NCBI GenBank assembly: GCA_017501545.1
Contig: JAFVWS010000023.1
Coordinates: forward strand, 31,967 to 95,966
From: Clostridia bacterium
GTDB lineage: Bacteria; Bacillota; Clostridia; Oscillospirales; CAG-272
DNA: 64,000 nucleotides
Direction of reading: 5' to 3'
Shown here: piece after piece, positions 57,832 through 64,000 of the stretch
Layout of the letters: every line of letters begins with the position of its first letter
Numbering within the stretch: the first letter of the stretch is position 1
Made by a program: the position numbers and the translations under genes
Notes under the pieces: generated by a model
Told to the model about the DNA's origin: nothing
Databases searched by the model: none
Seen by the model: the letters and a program-made list of their open reading frames with translations, nothing else

Positions 57832-58452
57832 TTATAAATTTTCGTACGCCTTTAGCCACTGGGTTTTAATAAATTCGTGGCCGGCTGGTGTTGGATGCAC
57901 GCCGTCTGCAAGCCAGTAGCTGTTTTCTGCCTTCTTTGCAAGCTCGTCAAAGCCATTTTGTAGCTCAACAAATGGTAAGCTATATTTTTCGGCAATTTTT
58001 CTTGCCATCTCGGCACGCTTTTTAGTTTCGGTCTTGAAAAACTCCCAATGCTCGGTAGTTGAACACGCCTCTAAAACAAATGGCTCTAAAATTATAATTT
58101 TGATATTAGGAAGCGCCTCCTTAACCTCCTCAATAAGCATTGAGTATATCTTAAAGAACTTGTCGGCATCCACTCCATTTGGGCTATCTCCTATTTCGTG
58201 CCAAACGTCATTTACACCGATAAGAATACTCATTAAATCTGGGGAATAGTTAATAATATCGCGCTTAATGCGTGCGTATAGGTCAACTACACGGTTGCCA
58301 CTAATGCCCTTATTTACAAACGTGTGCTTGCCAGGCTCTAAATATCCAAGATATGCTGACACTAAATGTGCGTAGCCTCTGCCAAGATTAGCATCATTGT
58401 TCCAGTCTCTGCCACAGTCTGTAATTGAATCACCTTGAAATAAAATTTTCAT
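57832..58452 (-). CDS. SGNH/GDSL hydrolase family protein
   Basis: ILFQGDSITD block I, GINDVWH block, DGVHPT block V. Confidence 0.85.
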   Translation of the reverse strand: MKILFQGDSITDCGRDWNNDANLGRGYAHLVSAYLGYLEPGKHTFVNKGISGNRVVDLYARIKRDIINYSPDLMSILIGVNDVWHEIGDSPNGVDADKFFKIYSMLIEEVKEALPNIKIIILEPFVLEACSTTEHWEFFKTETKKRAEMARKIAEKYSLPFVELQNGFDELAKKAENSYWLADGVHPTPAGHEFIKTQWLKAYENL

Positions 58453-58478
58453 AATACACCTCTCTAATTTATAGAAAA

Positions 58479-59075
58479 CTATTTTATATCTATCAAAACC
58501 GCTCTACAGGGCGCGCCATCTCCACCACCCAAATTTAGTGGAGCAGAGCTTAAAAAATAGACACCCTCTGCCACATTTTTTAGTCTTATTCCCTCAAGCA
58601 AGGCAACTCCGGCTCCCAAAAGTGCAAGATGCACAGCCATAGGGGAGTCTTTTGGTCCAACCGTTTGTGGCTCGTTTCCAAGCAGTAAAATTCCTGCCTT
58701 AACAAACGCCTCCGTTGCCTCAAGGGACACCTCAACCTCGCCCTTTACTAATATTCTTTTTGCTGACTCCTCGCTTTTCTCCCTTGCTTTTTTAATAATA
58801 TTTTCAGCATCACTATACGACACCACGCCTTGATGCTCAGCCACATAAGCCATTCCCACAAAAGCCTCAAGCCCCATTTTGTCAACCGTCTTGCCATCAC
58901 TAATAAAATGAAACGGCGCATCTATATGTGTGCCATTGTGCGCACACATACTAAGCTTGGATAGGTTGCACACGTCTCCGTTTTCAATTTGGCTAATCAT
59001 CTCTTTTTTAGGCACAGGGTCGCCAGGAAACACATCAGAGGAAAACACCTCTTGTGAAATATCGTAAATTTTCAT
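58479..59075 (-). CDS. Cyclase-family protein (kynurenine formamidase-like)
   Basis: HNGTHIDAPFHF metal-binding motif. MKIYDISQ start. Confidence 0.8.
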   Translation of the reverse strand: MKIYDISQEVFSSDVFPGDPVPKKEMISQIENGDVCNLSKLSMCAHNGTHIDAPFHFISDGKTVDKMGLEAFVGMAYVAEHQGVVSYSDAENIIKKAREKSEESAKRILVKGEVEVSLEATEAFVKAGILLLGNEPQTVGPKDSPMAVHLALLGAGVALLEGIRLKNVAEGVYFLSSAPLNLGGGDGAPCRAVLIDIK

Positions 59076-59142
59076 TATTTTCTCCACTTGAATAGTATAT
59101 CACTTAGATTATACTACAACTATTGGCGCTTTTCAATGAAAT

Positions 59143-59178
59143 AAAATAAAAAAGGGAACAAATGTTTGTTCCCTTTAA
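59143..59178 (-). terminator. Terminator closing the microcompartment operon
   Basis: Minus strand AGGGAACA-aacatt-TGTTCCCT followed by TTTTTT. Confidence 0.7.
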
Positions 59179-59180
59179 TT

Positions 59181-59459
59181 TTAGAGTAGGTAGTATGGTA
59201 GGTCGTCGCCTATTGCAAGATGCACAAAGCCTTGCTTTTTTGGTGTTGCTGTCTTTTTTGTTGGCTTCTTTGCTGTTTTCTTTGGGGCCTCCTTAGCTGG
59301 CGCTTCTACTACTGTTATAGGCTCTGTTACAGGCACTTCAGCCTTTGGTGGTTCCTCTGTCGTTGCAATAGCGCTGTTTTCCATATCAGGCGCTGTGCTT
59401 TTTACGTTGGAATAGCCACTATTGGAAACTCTTTTAATCGCATTTTTACCTATTGGCAT
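59181..59459 (-). CDS. Small disordered basic protein, candidate partner/adaptor of the ParA-like ATPase
   Basis: AAGGAGG RBS 9 nt upstream. The start overlaps the ParA-like stop by 14 nt. Basic N-terminus MPIGKNAIKRV, P/A/E/K-rich low-complexity core, conserved-looking C-terminus GFVHLAIGDDLPYYLL. Confidence 0.55.
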   Translation of the reverse strand: MPIGKNAIKRVSNSGYSNVKSTAPDMENSAIATTEEPPKAEVPVTEPITVVEAPAKEAPKKTAKKPTKKTATPKKQGFVHLAIGDDLPYYLL

Positions 59460-60237
59460 ATTCTACTACCTCCTTTGCAAGACTTCTATACTCAATAGCG
59501 CTTCTTGAATACTTTTTGTAAGCAACAACGGGCTTGCTATTGTCCTGTGACCATTCAATTGCACTATCAACCTTAACGTAGGTGTCAAAAACCCTTACGT
59601 CCTCCGACTCACGAAGGGATTTTAGAGTTTCCTTGAAGTAATTCTTTCTCTCGTCTGCCTTAGTCACCATAATTCCCATGATTTCAAGGCGAGGTGCCAT
59701 TTCTCTTACCTTGCCGATAAAATCAAACATATTTGCAAGGCCGAAAAGTCCCCAAGGGCTTGCCTCAACAGGGATAATAACATAGTCAGAGGCGCACATT
59801 ACGTTCATAACCCAGCCACCAAGCGTTGGGGGAGAGTCAATTAATATGTAGTCATAATAGCCACGCGCCTTAACCGGCTCAAGACACTTTTTAAGTATAA
59901 ACTCTCTTTGCCACTTTGTAAAAAGGTCAAACTCAATTGAGCTCATAAGTGAGGTTGATGGTACAATATCAAGCCCCTCATATTCTGTTGGCACAATAAA
60001 GTCAGAAAGGTCCCTTTCCTCCTTTAGGGCAGTATATATATTTTTTCCGTTGCTTGCGTACTCTAAAACCTTTTCCTCGTCAAAGAAGGAAAGTGTTAAA
60101 TTTATCTGCATATCGCCATCTATAAGTAGTACCTTTTTGCCCATCATAGAAAGCGCACAGCCGATATTTGAGCAGGTTGTGGTTTTTCCACTTCCGCCCT
60201 TGTTATTCGCAAACGCGATTACCTGAGTTTTGCTCAT
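59446..60237 (-). CDS. ParA/MinD-family ATPase encoded inside the microcompartment operon
   Basis: Deviant Walker A NNKGGSGKTT, LLIDGDMQ, ILIDSPPTLG. 4-nt overlap with the upstream eutP-like gene. Confidence 0.88.
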   Translation of the reverse strand: MSKTQVIAFANNKGGSGKTTTCSNIGCALSMMGKKVLLIDGDMQINLTLSFFDEEKVLEYASNGKNIYTALKEERDLSDFIVPTEYEGLDIVPSTSLMSSIEFDLFTKWQREFILKKCLEPVKARGYYDYILIDSPPTLGGWVMNVMCASDYVIIPVEASPWGLFGLANMFDFIGKVREMAPRLEIMGIMVTKADERKNYFKETLKSLRESEDVRVFDTYVKVDSAIEWSQDNSKPVVAYKKYSRSAIEYRSLAKEVVEYANR

Positions 60238-60689
60238 TTTCGCATAGCCTCCAATTCTTCTTCGTCATCTGCAAGGAATTCTATCAATTTATCAAGTCCC
60301 TCTCCTGTATAAGCACTGACAGGGAATATTTTCTTACAGCCTGCAAGCCGGAGCCATCTTTCAACCCTTTCCGGGTTGGCATCAGGCTTGTCAATTCCTG
60401 TGATAATTCCGACAACCTCACGATTTACAAGGCTTGTAATACAGGGTGAGAAAATAGAGTAGGGCTCATTTGCCGAAAGGACAAGCCCAACAACGTCCGC
60501 CTCGTACGCATAAAGCGCCAGTGCGCCACTTGTCTGCCTAAGCTCTGTATATTCGCCAGGGGTGTCTATTATCGTATCAAGATAATTTATGTACTGCGTT
60601 TTATAATAGTGAATATCCTCACCATTAAGCGCTTGTGTCAGGGTAGTTTTTCCTGCCGCAACCCTTCCAATTAAAATAATTTTTTTCAT
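60234..60689 (-). CDS. eutP: EutP/PduV-family small GTPase
   Basis: MKKIILIGRVAAGKTTLTQAL...IDTPGEY. Size and motifs match EutP/PduV. Confidence 0.85.
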   Translation of the reverse strand: MKKIILIGRVAAGKTTLTQALNGEDIHYYKTQYINYLDTIIDTPGEYTELRQTSGALALYAYEADVVGLVLSANEPYSIFSPCITSLVNREVVGIITGIDKPDANPERVERWLRLAGCKKIFPVSAYTGEGLDKLIEFLADDEEELEAMRK

Positions 60690-61048
60690 TACGTTTTAGT
60701 TATTTCACAGCATACATAGGAAAGCTTTGTGGTGAAATACTCACGTATAGCGCTAAAGGCTGATTCCACGCTTGAAACGCTTCCCGAAATAATTAATGTT
60801 CCTGTAAATCTATCAACAAAGCCAATCTCAGCGCCCGAGGACTTTATAGAAATATCGGCTGCAATCACAGCACTTTCCGCAGGTGAAACGGTCAAAACTC
60901 CAATTGCGCTTCTTGTATAATCCGTCTTTGGGTCAAGTCCAAGCTTTGTAAAAAGCACGTCGTCTGGATTTGCAATTATATGGCAAAGAGTTATCTGCTT
61001 ACCAGGTACTAACTCCTGCACAATTCTCATATTTTCTTTAAGCTCCAT
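60689..61048 (-). CDS. pduU: Circularly permuted BMC-domain shell protein (PduU/EutS type)
   Basis: VQELVPGKQITLCHIIANP...AIGVLTVSPAESAVIAADI..GAEIGFVDRFTGTLIISG is collinear with PduU/EutS. Confidence 0.88.
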   Translation of the reverse strand: MELKENMRIVQELVPGKQITLCHIIANPDDVLFTKLGLDPKTDYTRSAIGVLTVSPAESAVIAADISIKSSGAEIGFVDRFTGTLIISGSVSSVESAFSAIREYFTTKLSYVCCEITKT

Positions 61049-61050
61049 TG

Positions 61051-61842
61051 TTAGCCTCCGATTTTACATTTAAGCCCCGATTCCTCGGCGACTGATAAAA
61101 GATATTCCATCTTTTCATTAGATGGTGGCTCTATCTCCTTTAGGGCATAATTTCTGCCAAGCCCCTTATACTTGTCTGAGCCAAGACGGTGATAGGGAAG
61201 TAAGTGATGCTCACAAACGCCCTTTAGTGTTTTTGCAAAGCTTGAAATAGCTCTTATTTCCTCTGGTGTATCGTTAAAGGTAGGTATTACTGGCGTTCTT
61301 ATTATAAGCTCAACACCACTTTGGGCTATCCTTTTTGCGTTTTCAAGAATTAATTCGTTACCTACCCCTGTATATTCCTTATGCTTTTCTGAGTCCATAT
61401 GCTTTATATCCATAAGATACAGGTCAAGATAAGGAAGAAGCTTTTCTATTTCCGAGAAATTTAGTGACGACGCCGACTCAATAGCGGTATGTAGCCCCTC
61501 ACTCTTGCACGCCCTTAGTAGCTCGGCTGCAAAGTCAGCTTGGCATAAAACCTCACCACCAGAAAGGGTAACTCCACCACCGCTTCTTTTGTAATAAGGC
61601 TTGTCGGCTAAAATCTCTGGCATAATGTCCCAAACACTAACGTCCCTGCCAACAATTTTTTCCTTGTCCTTTTCAATTATCGTTTCAATTTCTCTATTTT
61701 GAGATTCGGGATTACAGCACCAAGCGCACCTTAGCCGACAGCCCTTGAAAAAGACTATTGTTCTTATTCCTGGCCCGTCATGTATTGAAAAGCGCTGAAT
61801 ATTAAATATTCTGCCCTTTATTTCGTTTGGCACGGTAATCAC
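61051..61842 (-). CDS. Glycyl-radical enzyme activating enzyme (radical SAM), short form without ferredoxin-like insert
   Basis: GRIFNIQRFSIHDGPGIRTIVFFKGCRLRCAWCCNPE (CX3CX2C). No further CX2CX2CX3C motifs. Confidence 0.88.
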   Translation of the reverse strand: MITVPNEIKGRIFNIQRFSIHDGPGIRTIVFFKGCRLRCAWCCNPESQNREIETIIEKDKEKIVGRDVSVWDIMPEILADKPYYKRSGGGVTLSGGEVLCQADFAAELLRACKSEGLHTAIESASSLNFSEIEKLLPYLDLYLMDIKHMDSEKHKEYTGVGNELILENAKRIAQSGVELIIRTPVIPTFNDTPEEIRAISSFAKTLKGVCEHHLLPYHRLGSDKYKGLGRNYALKEIEPPSNEKMEYLLSVAEESGLKCKIGG

Positions 61843-61929
61843 CTCCTTGTTTGTTTTGTTTGCGCCTTGAAAATGCTCTCTTGGATTTTTTGTGGAATGT
61901 GTTTGTGCCTTAATGTGACACCCTTCCCT

Positions 61930-64000
61930 TTAAAAGCCCTGTTCGGTTCTGTTTATAATGTCGTCCTGTAATGAACGGGAAAGCGTTGTAAAGAGCGCGC
62001 TATAGCCAGCAACTCTTACTACGAGTGTTTTATATTTTTCTGGGTTCTTTTGCGCGTCAAGCAACGTTTCCTTTGTTACAACGTTAAACTGCACGTGCAT
62101 ACCCTTTTGGTCAAAGTATGAGCGAATTAATGCAACAAACTTAGAAAGACCGCTCATTCCAGCTAAGGCTGATGGATGGAACTTTTGGTTAAGCAGTGTT
62201 CCGTTTGATGCAACGCCCTGCTCAAGCTTTGCAACCGAGTTTGCTGTTGCTGTTGGTCCCTTTGTATCTCTGCCCGAGGCTGGACCTATACCATCTGCAA
62301 GTGGAGTATAGGCAAGACGTCCGTCAGGGGTTGCGCCTGTCGATGCACCAAGTGGCACGTTTGCTGAAACTGGATAAAGTCCCGCTTGGAAAATACCACC
62401 ACGTGGGTTTTTATATTTTTCAACCTCTTTAGTATAGGTATTTGCAACGTCACGTGCAAACATATCGACGTCGTAAATATCGTTTCCATACTTAGGGGCT
62501 TCCTCGTCTATTAGACGCTTAATTTCCTTATATCTTGCTTTTTGCTCATAGCTAAGAGATGTTTGGTTTGTCACCTCATCGTAAATTGTGCGAATTGCGC
62601 CTTCATTTACGTTTATGCCTTGACGTACAAGCTCTGTCGCTATCTCAGTGGTTAATTTTTCTGCCGCCACACCATGCACGCCATAGCCAAAGTTTGCTCT
62701 CATTGCCTCCTTAAGCTCAGAAAGGGTAAATCTGCCCTCTTCAAATACAAGCTTTTTAATGGCAATAAGACCGTCTGTGTTGTTTGCAATACCAAAGCCC
62801 TGTGGACCTGTGAAATTGTATATGGCGCCACCCTCTTGAAGTGATTTTCCTCTGCCTATACAGTCCTCAACCATACAGGACTGGAAGGGAAGTGGGCACC
62901 TTGTCGCGTGTGCCATATCTATTGCGTTATTTGCATTTACAAGAAGCTTTATCATATAGCTTTGCTGAGTCTTATATGCTGAGTATAGCTCCTCGAAGGT
63001 TTTCATACCCGAAACGTCGCCTGTGTCTGGACCTATTTTCTTGCCCTTATCGTAGCCGTTTGAGAAAACAAGCTCCATTGGGCGACACATATTAAAGAAC
63101 GCTGCATCGTGCCAGCCGTCAGTTTTTCCAGCCTTTTGTGGCTCAACGCAACCGATAATGCAATAATCTCTTGCATCCTCAAGGGTAAGTCCTCTTGCCA
63201 TTATAGATGGAATGATTATTTCGTCGTTGTAGTATGCTGGCAAGCCTGTTCCAAGCCTTGTAAGCGCCGCTGCCTTGATTAATAAATCCTCTGGTGAGCC
63301 ATTCCATACTCTAATAGAGATAGAAGGCTGTGGAAGTGGAACGTGCATAGCTGCCTCAATGCACATATATGAAAGGTCGTTTGTCGCATCCATGCCGTGA
63401 ATATCCTGTCCACCTACAATAAGGTTTTGGAACATTCCATAGCCTGCAAAGCCATCAGCCGACGCTTGGTCTCTTACCTTGTTTATATCGTTGAATTTTA
63501 CCCAAATGCAGTCAAGCAGCTCTTGCGCCCTTTCGCGTGTGATTTTGCCACTGTCAATATCCTTTTTATAATATGGGTACATATATTGGTCAAAGCGACC
63601 TGGGGAAATAGAGTGTCCGCTTGACTCAACCTGTAAAAGAAGCTGAATAAACCAAAACGCTTGGCAAGCCTCGTAAAAGCTTGTTGCGCCAAACTCTGGC
63701 ACTCTTACACAGTTTTTAGAAATTTGCTCAAGCTCGCGCTTTCTTTCAGGATTTTGCTCCTTTTGTGCAAGCTCCCTTGCAAGTGCGCTATATCTGCGCG
63801 CGTATTCAATTACTGCCTCACAGCTTTCAATTACTGCGTAAAGGAAGTTGCTTCTTGAAACGTAGTCGCTATCCGATACGTCAAGCTTAGATAGTGCAGT
63901 TTCTGCCTCGGCAATAATGCCTCTGTAACCATTTTTTAAAACCTTACCATAATCTACGCAAACGTGACCGATTCCGTTGTAGAAATAGTTACCTGGTGTG
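61930..64000 (-). CDS. Glycyl radical enzyme (PFL2/CutC/diol-dehydratase class); the 5' end lies outside the window
   Basis: Glycyl radical motif VRVAGYSALF, active-site GCVEP. The frame stays open upstream of the track's GTG at 63702 (...ELARELAQKEQNPERKRELEQISKNCVRVPEF) to the window edge. Confidence 0.9.
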   Translation of the reverse strand, partial: TPGNYFYNGIGHVCVDYGKVLKNGYRGIIAEAETALSKLDVSDSDYVSRSNFLYAVIESCEAVIEYARRYSALARELAQKEQNPERKRELEQISKNCVRVPEFGATSFYEACQAFWFIQLLLQVESSGHSISPGRFDQYMYPYYKKDIDSGKITRERAQELLDCIWVKFNDINKVRDQASADGFAGYGMFQNLIVGGQDIHGMDATNDLSYMCIEAAMHVPLPQPSISIRVWNGSPEDLLIKAAALTRLGTGLPAYYNDEIIIPSIMARGLTLEDARDYCIIGCVEPQKAGKTDGWHDAAFFNMCRPMELVFSNGYDKGKKIGPDTGDVSGMKTFEELYSAYKTQQSYMIKLLVNANNAIDMAHATRCPLPFQSCMVEDCIGRGKSLQEGGAIYNFTGPQGFGIANNTDGLIAIKKLVFEEGRFTLSELKEAMRANFGYGVHGVAAEKLTTEIATELVRQGINVNEGAIRTIYDEVTNQTSLSYEQKARYKEIKRLIDEEAPKYGNDIYDVDMFARDVANTYTKEVEKYKNPRGGIFQAGLYPVSANVPLGASTGATPDGRLAYTPLADGIGPASGRDTKGPTATANSVAKLEQGVASNGTLLNQKFHPSALAGMSGLSKFVALIRSYFDQKGMHVQFNVVTKETLLDAQKNPEKYKTLVVRVAGYSALFTTLSRSLQDDIINRTEQGF

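Overview
This 64-kb window is a chromosomal segment from a Clostridia-class Firmicute with moderate GC content (not computed). It looks origin-proximal. It carries rpmH-rnpA-yidD-yidC-jag and gdpP-rplI-dnaB on the minus strand, pth-mfd on the plus strand, and noc-soj-spo0J on the plus strand. No dnaA/dnaN gene or DnaA-box cluster is visible. Other core genes include a partial copA, a DtxR-family regulator, an ABC transporter, tRNA-Thr and tRNA-Tyr, rny, mgsA, metA/metY and the UPF0210/ACT pair. Glycoside hydrolases (GH78-like, GH35, GH5) and a 1606-aa BspA-type LRR lipoprotein are also present.

Five things stand out:
1. An intact but tail-less phage head and DNA-packaging module (TerL, small ORF, portal, scaffold, major capsid) with no integrase, connector, tail or lysis genes. 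It sits between core metabolic genes and the partition locus.
2. A 1.76-kb gene-free, T-poor stretch between noc and soj that carries four parS palindromes.
3. The distal end of a glycyl-radical-enzyme microcompartment operon (GRE, activase, PduU/EutS shell protein, EutP/PduV GTPase). It terminates in a translationally coupled ParA-like ATPase plus a 92-aa disordered basic protein, a candidate organelle-positioning pair.
4. Three multi-hairpin units in two intergenic regions, in which variable short palindromes are separated by constant 8-11-nt linkers.
5. A truncated MuF-barnase toxin with barstar immunity and an orphan immunity fragment.

Smaller observations:
- a roughly 310-nt inverted-repeat-closed leader upstream of rny
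- two duplications of gene 3' ends (mgsA and jag)
- a recurrent 19-nt motif
- a gene split at an A4 run
- a GRE activase lacking auxiliary Fe-S motifs

All functional calls come from reading motifs in the supplied translations. No database search was possible.
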